From a virus, in IMG/VR virus record IMGVR_UViG_3300021387_001054: DNA of 64,000 nucleotides. One strand, given 5' to 3'. Positions 38,072 to 48,581 of this stretch are shown one piece after another (the stretch's first letter is position 1; every line of letters starts with the position of its first letter). The notes beneath the pieces were generated by a model. The model worked only from the letters and a program-made list of their open reading frames with translations. It was not told the DNA's origin and made no database searches. Both the position numbers and the translations under genes were made by a program.

Positions 38072-41000
38072 ATGGATATAAAGATTAAATTCGACGACGA
38101 ATGTATGCCACAGACTCCTACATTTGTACTTGCTACACGCAGCGGAGAGTATATTGGCGCGGTGCCTGCTGTTAATATTACGTGTAAAAACCCATGGAAT
38201 GCTAATGCTGATTTAATGTTTCGAGTCTATAAATATGATAATGACGTAGAGTATCAATACTGGCATGAATTAAAAGACTTTAGATTGGTTTGGTGTAGAG
38301 AATGGAATGCGTGGTTTGAGATTTCAGTAGAGTTAGAAGAAGCTCCTCATATATCAAAAATTATTACTTGTACTTCTTTAGCAGAAGCAGAATTGGGACA
38401 AATCATGTTATATGAGACTGAAATCAATACTGAGGATGATATTGCTCGTTCTGATTATATACCGACAGTGTTATATCAACCAGACAAACCGCGAGGTTCT
38501 TTATTAACGCGCATACTCAAAAAGGCTCCAAACTATATCATTGAACATGTAGATGACAGCATTAAAAATATCCAACGAACTTTTTCATTTCACGATGTGA
38601 GTATTTACGATGCTTTTCAAACTATTACAGAAGAAATAGATTGTATTGCGATCTTTCGCGCTTATACTACAGATACAGGGGAAATTAAACGCTCTATATC
38701 TGTATATGATTTAGAAAATTCTTGTTCTGCATGTGGTGAACGAGGAACTTTTGAAGATATATGTCCAAAATGTGGCAGCACAAATATAACACCCGGATAC
38801 GGAGAAGACACTACTGTTTTTGTTTCAGTAGATAATTTAGCTGATAATATTAACTACACTACGGATGTAGGTTCTGTTAAGAATTGTTTCCGGTTAGAAG
38901 CTGGGGACGATTTAATGACTGCGGCGATTGTGGCTTGTAACCCGAATGGAACACAATATTTGTGGCATTTTTCGGACGATATGAAAAGCGATATGTCGCA
39001 AGCATTAGTAAAAAAAATCAACAACTATGACCAACTTTATCAATCATACCTCACCACCCACGAGATTAGTATTGAAAACACTAAGTTATTGCAACAATAT
39101 AACCAGATTGTTACGAAATATAATAATTTACATTCACAAAATTTTTCAACCATTGAATCGCCTTTGCATGGTTTTTCAGAACTAATGCGTGCGTACTACA
39201 ATGTCATAGATTTTGATTTGTATTTATCCCACGGTATGATGCCATCCCCTCCCCCCGCTCCTGATTCGGCTACCGAGCAAGCAACATTGTTAGAGACGGA
39301 GCATATGCCTGCTGTAGCTGTATTATCTATACCAAAGTGTACAGTTTCTACAGCATCAAGTGCGGTGCAGGCTATGGCTCGTGTAGTTGTAGACCCTCAC
39401 TTCCAAGTTCGCGTCGGAGACAGTGCATTGAGTGATATAACAACAGAAGCATCTGGGGAGCAATATCGGCAATGGACAGGCACGTTTGTTATTACGAATT
39501 ATGATGATGATACTGATACGGCTACAACTAATAGTATTTCTATTAGAATCACAAACGAATATATAAGCTATGTTCAGCAACGTATGCAGTCTCTTTTGGA
39601 TCGACACAGTGAAGACGCTTCAGATATTGTTACTTTATTTCAGTTACCCATTGCTAACTTTAAGCAAGAATTAAAAAAGTATGGACAAGCATCTTTGCAA
39701 ATATTTTATGATGCTTGTCAGTCTTGTATGGATGTTTTAATTCAGCAACAGGCGTATGCTGATTACACAGATGTAGCAACAAGTTATTATAACAATTATT
39801 ATGAACGATTATCTGCTTTATCTGATGAATTAGCCGTGAGAGCATCGGAGATTGCTGTTGTGTCTGGACAACAGGTTGGAGTGGTTGCGGGGCATAGTAT
39901 GTTAGAAATCTTACAGGCTAAACGCACCAAAATTCAAGCAGCACTAGATTTTGAAACTTATTTAGGTGAAAATTTATGGTTAGAATTTTCGTTATATAGA
40001 CGAGAATGCTCGTTCTCGAACAGCAACTATATTTCTGATGGCTTAGATAATTTTCAGTTATTTCAACGCGCACAAGAGTTTTTTGATAAAGCATCCCAAG
40101 AGATTTATAAATCAGCCAATTTGCAACACTCTATTACCGCTACTCTAAAAAATTTGTTAGCTATGGAAGAATTCAAACCTTTAGTTCAACATTTTCAGTG
40201 TGGTAATTGGATTCGTATTCGAGTCGATGACAATGTTTATCGTTTGCGTTTAATAAGTTATGACATAGATTTTGATGATTTAACACATATAACAGTTGAA
40301 TTTTCAGATGTAAAGCAAGTTTCTAATGGTGTAACTGACGCAGAAAGTATTTTTGCACAAGCCAAACAAATGGCAACCTCTTACACTGCAACACAGAGAC
40401 AGGCCAGTAAAGGCAATAAGAGCAGCCGACAAGTGCAAAATTGGGTAGACGATGGTTTATCATTAACTACCATGAAGATTGTGAATGATGCTAGTAATCA
40501 AGATATTGTTTATTCTGATAGTGGCATTACGTTACGCGAAAAAATCCCGTTCACCGACGAATATGATCCGCGCCAAATTAAATTGATAAATCAAGGGTTG
40601 TATGTCACGAATGATAATTGGCAAACGTCCAGCGCAGGGGTTGGACACTTTTATTATTATGATCCTGCTACTGGAAACATCGTTGATGATTATGGTGTTA
40701 TAGCAAATACTATTGTCGGTAACTTATTATTAGGTAAGAATTTAGGTATTTATAATTCAGACGGCAGTGTAACAGTTAATGAGAATGGATTGACTTTAAC
40801 AACAAATACTGATGATGACCAATCGCAAAAAAATATCTTCACCATACAAAAAGAAACGGATAATCAGGATGGCACAAAAACAACCATTCCCCTCTTATAC
40901 ATTGATGACGACGGAAACCTTGTCTTAAACGGTTCGATGAAAATTGTATCTGATATTGAAGGAGTTACTACACGTACCTTTGACGATGTCGCTGCGGATG

Positions 41001-41290
41001 TAGACGAGATCAAATCGCAAGACAGATATCGTGTTGAAACGGTTGTATCTGGTGTCAACATTTTTAATTCAAGAAACCAGAGCAGTCGCATGGAATGTCA
41101 TGTGTATTCGTGGGATAAAGATATCACTGATACTATAAATGCTTCGTGCTTTGCGTGGCATCGTCATTCTGCGAACCCAAACTCAGACGCGACATGGGAT
41201 GCCGCTCATAAAGGCATGAAATATATTGTTGTATCAACAGAAGATGTGTTTCAGAATGCGTCGTTTACGTGCGAGGTTACGTTAGAATAA
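38072..41290 (+). CDS. Tail-associated lysin (Tal) / phage minor structural protein, 1072 aa
   Basis: Position after Dit and its size. Has an internal CSACG...CPKCG zinc ribbon. Confidence 0.5.
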   Translation: MDIKIKFDDECMPQTPTFVLATRSGEYIGAVPAVNITCKNPWNANADLMFRVYKYDNDVEYQYWHELKDFRLVWCREWNAWFEISVELEEAPHISKIITCTSLAEAELGQIMLYETEINTEDDIARSDYIPTVLYQPDKPRGSLLTRILKKAPNYIIEHVDDSIKNIQRTFSFHDVSIYDAFQTITEEIDCIAIFRAYTTDTGEIKRSISVYDLENSCSACGERGTFEDICPKCGSTNITPGYGEDTTVFVSVDNLADNINYTTDVGSVKNCFRLEAGDDLMTAAIVACNPNGTQYLWHFSDDMKSDMSQALVKKINNYDQLYQSYLTTHEISIENTKLLQQYNQIVTKYNNLHSQNFSTIESPLHGFSELMRAYYNVIDFDLYLSHGMMPSPPPAPDSATEQATLLETEHMPAVAVLSIPKCTVSTASSAVQAMARVVVDPHFQVRVGDSALSDITTEASGEQYRQWTGTFVITNYDDDTDTATTNSISIRITNEYISYVQQRMQSLLDRHSEDASDIVTLFQLPIANFKQELKKYGQASLQIFYDACQSCMDVLIQQQAYADYTDVATSYYNNYYERLSALSDELAVRASEIAVVSGQQVGVVAGHSMLEILQAKRTKIQAALDFETYLGENLWLEFSLYRRECSFSNSNYISDGLDNFQLFQRAQEFFDKASQEIYKSANLQHSITATLKNLLAMEEFKPLVQHFQCGNWIRIRVDDNVYRLRLISYDIDFDDLTHITVEFSDVKQVSNGVTDAESIFAQAKQMATSYTATQRQASKGNKSSRQVQNWVDDGLSLTTMKIVNDASNQDIVYSDSGITLREKIPFTDEYDPRQIKLINQGLYVTNDNWQTSSAGVGHFYYYDPATGNIVDDYGVIANTIVGNLLLGKNLGIYNSDGSVTVNENGLTLTTNTDDDQSQKNIFTIQKETDNQDGTKTTIPLLYIDDDGNLVLNGSMKIVSDIEGVTTRTFDDVAADVDEIKSQDRYRVETVVSGVNIFNSRNQSSRMECHVYSWDKDITDTINASCFAWHRHSANPNSDATWDAAHKGMKYIVVSTEDVFQNASFTCEVTLE

Positions 41291-41433
41291 TTGAGTCAAT
41301 TACCCACCCACTAAAGTGAGTGGGCTTGTAACTCCCCAGTAGTGCGAACGTCTTGTGACTCCTACCTTTGGCTTATCTGATTACTCAGATAGTGGGGTTA
41401 CATCGCAGGGTGATTGACTGCACCCTTATCATC

Positions 41434-42588
41434 TCAGACGTGCTGAGATGATACTGTATCCGGTACTTGACTATCCTTTGCAAGATAGTTGATTCCCATG
41501 CGATACAGATTCATTGCTCCGATACGGTCATCATTGGACGTGTAACCGCAAGATTTACAGCAGAAGATATGCTTATTTTTATCACGGTTAGACTTTTCCG
41601 TGTGACCGCAAACAGGACAGGTCTGGCTCGTATAACGAGGGTCTACGTTAATTACTAGACTCTCGTTGAGCGCAGCCTTATACTTTAACTTCTTCTCCAG
41701 GTCGTAAAACGACCAAGATACGGTAACATAACGGTCTTTGCGACGCACCTTCTCTGTGGCAGAACGAACGCCGGACAGGTCCTCTAAGACAAAGAGCGTG
41801 TGCTTCGGGTTAGACTCAACGAGTGCCTTTGATACACAATGGTTTACATCCTGCATCCAACGGTTTTCTCGCTGACCGATAGCTTTTAGCCTTCGTCTTG
41901 CAGAAGGAGTCTGTCTTTGCTGAAGTTCCTTGCGGAGCTGTTTGTACTTAGCACGTTTTTGCTTAATATTCCTGCCGCTTACAAAGCCGGACTTATGTTT
42001 GCTGTCATAGGTTGCAACGACAAAGTTAATACCCCTGTCTACGCCGACAACATTACAAACGTCGCAATCCAAGGCTTCAAGGATATCTCTGGTAACTGGG
42101 ATATGCAGAAAATACTTGCCATGCTTTTTCACAAGTTTGGCAGTGCCAAAGGAGTAGATATCGTGGTCAAAGTATTTCTCCATGCCACCAGAATAGTATG
42201 GCAGCTTCACACGACCGCTAAGTGTATTTACAGAGAACAAGTTCTGCGTAAGAGAATAGTCTCTATTCCACACAAGGTCGTATTGAGGATTAGAAAAATC
42301 TGGCTTAATCCATTCATGTTGGTTTTCTAAGATGGTTTTGTATCTTGCAATAACCGTCTTAAAAACAGATTGTGCCATCTGGGATTTTAAGCCATAGCGC
42401 TTACGGAGATCATAATACAATGCCTTATTAAGCGAAAACTGCTTCAGGTCATGCGTCTGGAAGATGTAATTTGCCACAAAGTTACACGCACTGCGATAGG
42501 TGTCCATAGTAACATCCAACAGCTCACGCTGTTCGGGTGCAACTCGGACCTGAATCTTTGCAGTAGTAGTGATTTGCATCAGTAACAT
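41434..42588 (-). CDS. tnpB: TnpB (OrfB) RuvC-like RNA-guided endonuclease of IS200/IS605
   Basis: RuvC-I VVGVDRGINF, RuvC-II LFVLEDLSG, zinc finger CPVCG...CKSCG, RuvC-III NDDRIGAMN. Confidence 0.85.
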   Translation of the reverse strand: MLLMQITTTAKIQVRVAPEQRELLDVTMDTYRSACNFVANYIFQTHDLKQFSLNKALYYDLRKRYGLKSQMAQSVFKTVIARYKTILENQHEWIKPDFSNPQYDLVWNRDYSLTQNLFSVNTLSGRVKLPYYSGGMEKYFDHDIYSFGTAKLVKKHGKYFLHIPVTRDILEALDCDVCNVVGVDRGINFVVATYDSKHKSGFVSGRNIKQKRAKYKQLRKELQQRQTPSARRRLKAIGQRENRWMQDVNHCVSKALVESNPKHTLFVLEDLSGVRSATEKVRRKDRYVTVSWSFYDLEKKLKYKAALNESLVINVDPRYTSQTCPVCGHTEKSNRDKNKHIFCCKSCGYTSNDDRIGAMNLYRMGINYLAKDSQVPDTVSSQHV

Positions 42589-42662
42589 CTCCCTTCATTG
42601 TATTTCACTATAAATTATTATAGCATGGATTTAGTGAATACACAATAGGAGGAACTAAATTT

Positions 42663-43067
42663 ATGCAAAACCGCTATAATCGCAGAAATAGACGCAAATA
42701 CAATCTTAAAGTGCATATCGTACTTGTGACCAAGTATAGGAAAGCGTTGTTGCAGAATGGTATCGACGACTTCGTAAAACGTGCTATAAGCTATCTCGCA
42801 GACCAAAACGACTGGACAATTATCGTTATGGAAACGGACAAGGATCACGTTCACATACTTCTGGAATATGACGCAACAGAACGCATCTGTGACATCATCA
42901 GCATCATCAAACAGAGAACAACACATTGGCTCTGGACACGCTACAGAAATATATTAAATAAGCAATACTGGGAAAAACACATCTTCTGGTCAGACGGATA
43001 CTTTGCCTGTAGTATTGGAGAAGTATCATCTGCAACCATTGAAAAGTATATAGCCGAACAAGGCTAA
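42663..43067 (+). CDS. tnpA: IS200-type Y1 HUH transposase TnpA
   Basis: HuH motif HVHIL. C-terminal Tyr block (RTTHWLWTRY...SDGYFACSIG). 134 aa. Confidence 0.8.
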   Translation: MQNRYNRRNRRKYNLKVHIVLVTKYRKALLQNGIDDFVKRAISYLADQNDWTIIVMETDKDHVHILLEYDATERICDIISIIKQRTTHWLWTRYRNILNKQYWEKHIFWSDGYFACSIGEVSSATIEKYIAEQG

Positions 43068-43147
43068 GAAAGGAGAAAGCGGCTCCTCCCACCTGCTAAA
43101 GCAAGTGGGTTTCCGCCGCTAAATGATTTTATGAAAGGATTATATAA

Positions 43148-44962
43148 ATGGCTATTTTAACCAGTTCTCCGCAGACATTTATTGATATTACCGATCAACG
43201 TAAATTATCTGCGTATATAACTGCTAATTTGCCGAAAGTACAAACGGAAGACCCGAATGTGTTACCGCATGAATACGAGCCGGATTGGACAACGACAAAA
43301 CTTAAATTAACGCCCGTAGTGTTCCTCGACCAAACTGAAATTGGTCTTAAAGAAACCGGCTTAACTATCTCATGGAAACGTAAAGATGGTTCTGGCGCGG
43401 AAACATCATTAGTGTCCGGCGAATCTGTCAGTAATGGTATTTTGACAATTTCTAAAAATGTACTACCTACTTCAAGTAGTGGCATGATTACTTATCTTTG
43501 TCATATTAGTTTTTACGACAGTGAAACGCAAAGCACTGTAAAGATTACATCTGATTTGACTTTTACTCTTGTCAAAAACGCATCTAATGCAAGATTAGCT
43601 TATGTGACTGCTGACACTTATGTATTCAAATATAATACAAATTCGACTTTAGTTGGAGCAAAACAGGCTACTCTGAGCGGACAAGTACAAGGTGTGCAAA
43701 TTTCTAAATGGCAATATAAAAATAGTTCAGGTAATTGGGTGGATTATCCGACCACTTCTGATAACGATAATATCACAAGTGATACTCTAATCGTGAAACC
43801 AACTCATGCAGTATTTGTGAGCAATGTTGCTCAAATTAAATTAGTAACGGATGATGCAGATGTTTTTGATACTATTAGCATTACAAAGTTATATGATGGA
43901 GCGCAAGGCAGCGGTGGCGTAGGAGGTTTATCTGTAGTTCTCGGAAACGAAGCACAGACTATTGCGTGCACGAAGGATGGCTTAGTTGAATCTGCTTTTA
44001 ACATTGAAATACCTTTTTCTGCTTATCAAGGTACAACTCAGATTGCATGTTCATGTACGGTTGGTACTTTGCCTTCTGGTATAACAATTAAAACCAATAC
44101 TGCGGCTACAGCAAGTGCCGCAGGTAAATTGATTCTAGCGGTAGAAGCCAATGGGACATTAGGTGGTAAGAATGTCGTAAATGGTTCTATTACTCTTACT
44201 TTTGCTGTTTCTGATAAATCTGTCGTTAAGAATTTTACATGGTCTAAATCAACGAAAGGCGCAACGGGAGAACCGGGTGCGGCCGGTAAAAACGCGGTCG
44301 TTTTCTCTGTTTATGCTCCTAATGGAACAATCGTTCAGAATCAATCTGGTTCTATTACATTGGCGACTGCTGCATACGACGGCGGCGATGAAATTACGTC
44401 CGACGCGACATACCAATGGGCGAAATATGTAAGTGGCAAATGGACAAATATCAGTGGCGCAACGTCCGCTACATTAAGTGTGTCTGGCAGCGATATTGTT
44501 AATATTCAATCGTATCGTTGTACCATGACATATTCTGGGACTACTTATAAAGACATTATTACAGTAGAAGATAAGTCTGACCCGTATGTATCTGAAATGT
44601 TGAGTATTGGTGGTTTTACAGTCAAAAACGGACAAGGTGGATTAGTGCCGTATGTCATTGTTCGTACAAACCAAAAAGAGGTAGATGCTCTTAAAGGTAT
44701 TATAAGTACAACAGCACCAAGTAATCCAACAACTGGAACATTTTGGTACGCTATAGATCACAGTGCTAAAACTGTGACATTAAAAAAATATTCTGGTTCA
44801 GCGTGGAAAAACGCAACAGAAAAACAGTCTTTAACTTATACATGGTACAAACAAGATAAAAATGGCAATGCAGTTACCTTCAATAAGACCGGTAAAGTAA
44901 TTTATTTATCAGCCGATGATATAGATGTGTTGGCAACTTTGCAATGCGACGTGACACAGTGA
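43148..44962 (+). CDS. Tail fibre / receptor-binding protein 1
   Basis: N-terminus MAILTSSPQTFIDITDQ is paralogous to the N-terminus of the 44971 gene. Ig-like, S/T-rich beta-type sequence and a short collagen-like GATGEPGAAGKN. Confidence 0.45.
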   Translation: MAILTSSPQTFIDITDQRKLSAYITANLPKVQTEDPNVLPHEYEPDWTTTKLKLTPVVFLDQTEIGLKETGLTISWKRKDGSGAETSLVSGESVSNGILTISKNVLPTSSSGMITYLCHISFYDSETQSTVKITSDLTFTLVKNASNARLAYVTADTYVFKYNTNSTLVGAKQATLSGQVQGVQISKWQYKNSSGNWVDYPTTSDNDNITSDTLIVKPTHAVFVSNVAQIKLVTDDADVFDTISITKLYDGAQGSGGVGGLSVVLGNEAQTIACTKDGLVESAFNIEIPFSAYQGTTQIACSCTVGTLPSGITIKTNTAATASAAGKLILAVEANGTLGGKNVVNGSITLTFAVSDKSVVKNFTWSKSTKGATGEPGAAGKNAVVFSVYAPNGTIVQNQSGSITLATAAYDGGDEITSDATYQWAKYVSGKWTNISGATSATLSVSGSDIVNIQSYRCTMTYSGTTYKDIITVEDKSDPYVSEMLSIGGFTVKNGQGGLVPYVIVRTNQKEVDALKGIISTTAPSNPTTGTFWYAIDHSAKTVTLKKYSGSAWKNATEKQSLTYTWYKQDKNGNAVTFNKTGKVIYLSADDIDVLATLQCDVTQ

Positions 44963-44970
44963 GGTGAAGT

Positions 44971-47900
44971 ATGTCAATTTTAACATCTTGTCAAAACACA
45001 TTTATGGATTTAACCGATCCTGTTGGAATTAGTAATGTTTCGGAACATTATGCTGTATCTTCCTCTAATAGTACGCCCCCAACAAAATGGTACGACACGC
45101 CGCAGACCATGACGATCACGAATAAATATTTGTGGAATTACGAAACAATTACTTACTCTAACAACACAACCAAAGATACGGATAAACGTGTTATTGGTGT
45201 TTATGGTAGTACCGGTAAAGGCATTTCTAAAGTTACAAATTATTATCTTGCGACTTCTTCATCATCTGGAATTACAACATCAACATCTGGATGGTCAGAA
45301 GACGCTGAATCCCAAAATGTCACGCCGTCTAAAAAGTATTTGTGGAACTACGAGAAACTAACATACACGGATAATAGCATATACTCTACCGATCCATGTA
45401 TCATAGGAGCATATGGTGAAAAAGGGGACAAAGGTGATCGCGGTACAGCCGGAACGACCTCGAATCTGCTGCTAGACGTCTACGCGTCCACGCTGAAAAA
45501 GGTTGACGCACCGGCTGACCGGTATCTGTCGAACAGCAAAAACACAAACACAACCGGCGCGTTTGTAGCGGCAAGTGATCTGCCCGACCCGAATGCCACA
45601 CATGTGTACCGCGTTACCTCGACGGACGGGAAACAAAGAATGCTGTGTTGGTACGCTAGTGGACATCCCCCACTGCTTGTTGGCGCAACCTACCGTCTGT
45701 CGTGTTACGCAAAAGCCAACAGCGGAAGTCCGAAGCTGCGCTTTGAGATCAACAGTGTCGGGCACAAAACCTTTGACATCACGGACGAGTGGAAACGGTA
45801 TGAATTTACCAAAACGATACCGATTTACGACAGCACACCTCCCGACACTTATCTGCGAGTATATTTTGGATTAGGTGATTCATCCAACGCATGTGAGTTG
45901 GACCTGTGCGGATTTCGTGTAGAGCAAGTATCGGATGGCATATTTGGACTTGCTGAACACTATGCGGTATCGTCTTCTAATACCACTGCTCCGAGTACAT
46001 GGTATGACACCCCGCAAACCATGACCCCCACTAAGAAATACCTGTGGAATTACGAGACGGTCACTTACGCGGACGGAACGACTAAAGACACCACGAAACG
46101 TGTCATCGGTGTGTATGGTAATACAGGCAATCCGGGAGTCGCAGGTAAAGGAATATCTGCGGTCACGAACTACTATCTTGCAACCGCATCATCTTCTGGT
46201 GTAACGACTACTACTTCTGGATGGACAACTACAGTACAAAATGTAACTTCATCTAAGAAATATTTATGGAACTATGAAAAGTTAACGTATACAGACAGTT
46301 CCACATATTCTACTGACCCGTGTATCATAGGAGCATATGGTGACACAGGAACGCGAGGAGCCACATGGTATGCAGGAACAGCGATTTCCGGAGGTAGTTC
46401 GGTATCTGCAAAGGTGTTTGATAACTCTGGTATAACCTCTGCTATCGTAGGAGATGTTTACTTAAACACGAGCACTCAAGACACATACAAGTGTGTTAAA
46501 GCAGGAAATGCAGCAACCGCACAGTGGACATATTTGAGTAATATCAAGGGCGCAACAGGATCGCCTGGAGGAAAAGGCACAGACGGGAAAACCGCATATT
46601 TTCACGTCAAGTATAGCAATGATGGTGGAAAAACTTTTACAGGAAATTCTGGAGAAGACCCCGGTACTTATATTGGTACATATACTGATAATACATCTGC
46701 GGATAGTACGTCTGTTTCAAAATATACTTGGGTGAAAATTGAAGGCGAAGACGGTGTTAGTCCAACTGTGTCTACGTCAAAATCTGGCGCCACAACAACT
46801 ATTACAATTAAAGACGCACAAGGAATAAAAACAGCAACCGTAAAAGACGGGGACAAGGGTGACAAAGGTGATAAGGGAACATCGGGTATGAGCGCAAATT
46901 TGCTGATGGACGTTTATGCGTCTACACTAACAAAAATCGACGCACCGGCTGACCGGTATCTGTCGAACAGCATAAACACAAACACAACCGGCGCGTTTGT
47001 AGCGGCAAGTGATCTGCCAGACCCGAATGCTACGCATTTGTTCCGTATTACCTCTACTGACGGGAAAACTCGCATGTTATGCTGGTACGCTGGCACACAC
47101 CCCCCGCTGTTTACAGGGGCGACCTATCGCCTGTCATGTTATGCGAAGGCAAATTCCGGCAATCCGAAGTTGCGTTTATTTGTTAATGGAGTTGAGACAA
47201 AAACAGTTAACACTACCTCAGAATGGAAACGATATGAATTAACGGTAACTGTATCGGAATACGATGGAACTCCAGATAGTAATTACCTTCGTGTTTATTT
47301 CGGACTAGCTACATCGTCGGGCGCGTGTGAGTTGGATATGTGCGGATTCCGCGTTGAACAAGTATCAGAGGATATTTTAGATATCAAAGATACTGCTAGT
47401 AGAGCATTAACTTCTGCTGACGGAAAAAATAAAGTGTTTTATCAAAAGACAGCTCCGACTTCTGGCATGAAAACGAATGATGTATGGTTCAATACAAAAA
47501 AAGACAAAGACCATACTATGAATGTTTATGATGGAACACAGTGGGTGTTGCATAAGGCTGGAACAACGTCAATTTCACAAGGAGCAATCACTACAGATTT
47601 ACTCGCTGCGAATGCTGTAACGGCAGATAAAATATTGGCAGGAGAAATTGGGACAGACCAATTAGCTGCGAATGCTGTGACAGCTGCAAAAATAAATGTA
47701 AAGGATTTGTTTGCACAAAATATCGAAGCAACAGGAACAATCAAGGGTTTAACATTAGAGGGTGCACAAATTCGCGGAAAACAAATTGATATATGTAATT
47801 TGCCTGCGGGCGATTATGACGTATTAGAGCCGCGCTGCTCTATATCTACAAACACAGACACGAATAGTTTGGTCTTAGAAGCCAAAGAGGGTGGCTCTAC

Positions 47901-48456
47901 AAATGCTAAATCAATACAAATCAATCCATATAATATATACATTGGCTCCCCAAAAGGAGGAGACATTATCCTTGCAGGCGAGACTGAATTCACAGAAACC
48001 CCTTATGTTTTAAAAGGGGGAGTCGTTTATCCCATAGACGCTTGTATCACTGGAATATACTTGGATGGGGTGATAGAGACTTGGCGATATGAGTGGCATA
48101 TAGGCGGTAGACTTCGTTTAACTATGAAGATTCCAGTAAACCCTGCTGTTAAAACCGCTTTGGGTAATAGCTATCGTAGTGGGTACTGTTATACTCCATC
48201 TGATTATAAATACCCATCATCTATTCTAGATCCAAACACTGACCTAGACGTTGCCATAAAATTCTCTCAAGTTCCTGTTGTGCAGATGACATTTACCCCG
48301 ACTAACAATCAAGGTGCATTCGTTTGGGCTACCGACTCTGGAACAACAACAACTCCCCCTCATTGTTATTTAGTTCGTCCTACCAGTTCAGATAGCGTAC
48401 AGGGATGGATTAACATTATTGTTGATGGAGAGTGGGAATACACAAATACTGAATAA
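44971..48456 (+). CDS. Tail fibre / receptor-binding protein 2 with tandemly duplicated [YLWNYE domain + collagen-like GDKGDKG + CBM] units
   Basis: Two copies of the about 155-aa CBM-like module (about 45440-45920 and 46890-47360), two copies of the upstream about 140-aa domain, and a C-terminal fibre domain. Confidence 0.5.
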   Translation: MSILTSCQNTFMDLTDPVGISNVSEHYAVSSSNSTPPTKWYDTPQTMTITNKYLWNYETITYSNNTTKDTDKRVIGVYGSTGKGISKVTNYYLATSSSSGITTSTSGWSEDAESQNVTPSKKYLWNYEKLTYTDNSIYSTDPCIIGAYGEKGDKGDRGTAGTTSNLLLDVYASTLKKVDAPADRYLSNSKNTNTTGAFVAASDLPDPNATHVYRVTSTDGKQRMLCWYASGHPPLLVGATYRLSCYAKANSGSPKLRFEINSVGHKTFDITDEWKRYEFTKTIPIYDSTPPDTYLRVYFGLGDSSNACELDLCGFRVEQVSDGIFGLAEHYAVSSSNTTAPSTWYDTPQTMTPTKKYLWNYETVTYADGTTKDTTKRVIGVYGNTGNPGVAGKGISAVTNYYLATASSSGVTTTTSGWTTTVQNVTSSKKYLWNYEKLTYTDSSTYSTDPCIIGAYGDTGTRGATWYAGTAISGGSSVSAKVFDNSGITSAIVGDVYLNTSTQDTYKCVKAGNAATAQWTYLSNIKGATGSPGGKGTDGKTAYFHVKYSNDGGKTFTGNSGEDPGTYIGTYTDNTSADSTSVSKYTWVKIEGEDGVSPTVSTSKSGATTTITIKDAQGIKTATVKDGDKGDKGDKGTSGMSANLLMDVYASTLTKIDAPADRYLSNSINTNTTGAFVAASDLPDPNATHLFRITSTDGKTRMLCWYAGTHPPLFTGATYRLSCYAKANSGNPKLRLFVNGVETKTVNTTSEWKRYELTVTVSEYDGTPDSNYLRVYFGLATSSGACELDMCGFRVEQVSEDILDIKDTASRALTSADGKNKVFYQKTAPTSGMKTNDVWFNTKKDKDHTMNVYDGTQWVLHKAGTTSISQGAITTDLLAANAVTADKILAGEIGTDQLAANAVTAAKINVKDLFAQNIEATGTIKGLTLEGAQIRGKQIDICNLPAGDYDVLEPRCSISTNTDTNSLVLEAKEGGSTNAKSIQINPYNIYIGSPKGGDIILAGETEFTETPYVLKGGVVYPIDACITGIYLDGVIETWRYEWHIGGRLRLTMKIPVNPAVKTALGNSYRSGYCYTPSDYKYPSSILDPNTDLDVAIKFSQVPVVQMTFTPTNNQGAFVWATDSGTTTTPPHCYLVRPTSSDSVQGWINIIVDGEWEYTNTE

Positions 48457-48581
48457 AAAATTAAGGTTATATCCCCTATTTGTAATCAGACTTCAAAAGA
48501 GGTGATTGGTCTTTTATTTTTGATGCTTTAAGTTGTTAAATAAGAGTTTTTAACAATCCACTACCCTATTTATAAAAAGCG

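Larger units (their letters stand above)
41304..43135. mobile_element. IS200/IS605-family insertion sequence (divergent tnpB and tnpA) inserted 3-prime of TTAC between Tal and the receptor-binding genes
   Basis: TTAC at 41300-41303, directly followed by the subterminal hairpin cccact..agtggg. A similar hairpin cccacctgc..gcaagtggg sits at 43092-43113. No terminal inverted repeats, as expected for this family. Confidence 0.7.

Noticed and set aside
48458-48540. Putative terminator after the large fibre gene (agac...gtct plus T-run)
   Set aside because: The stem is only 4-5 bp. Too weak to call.
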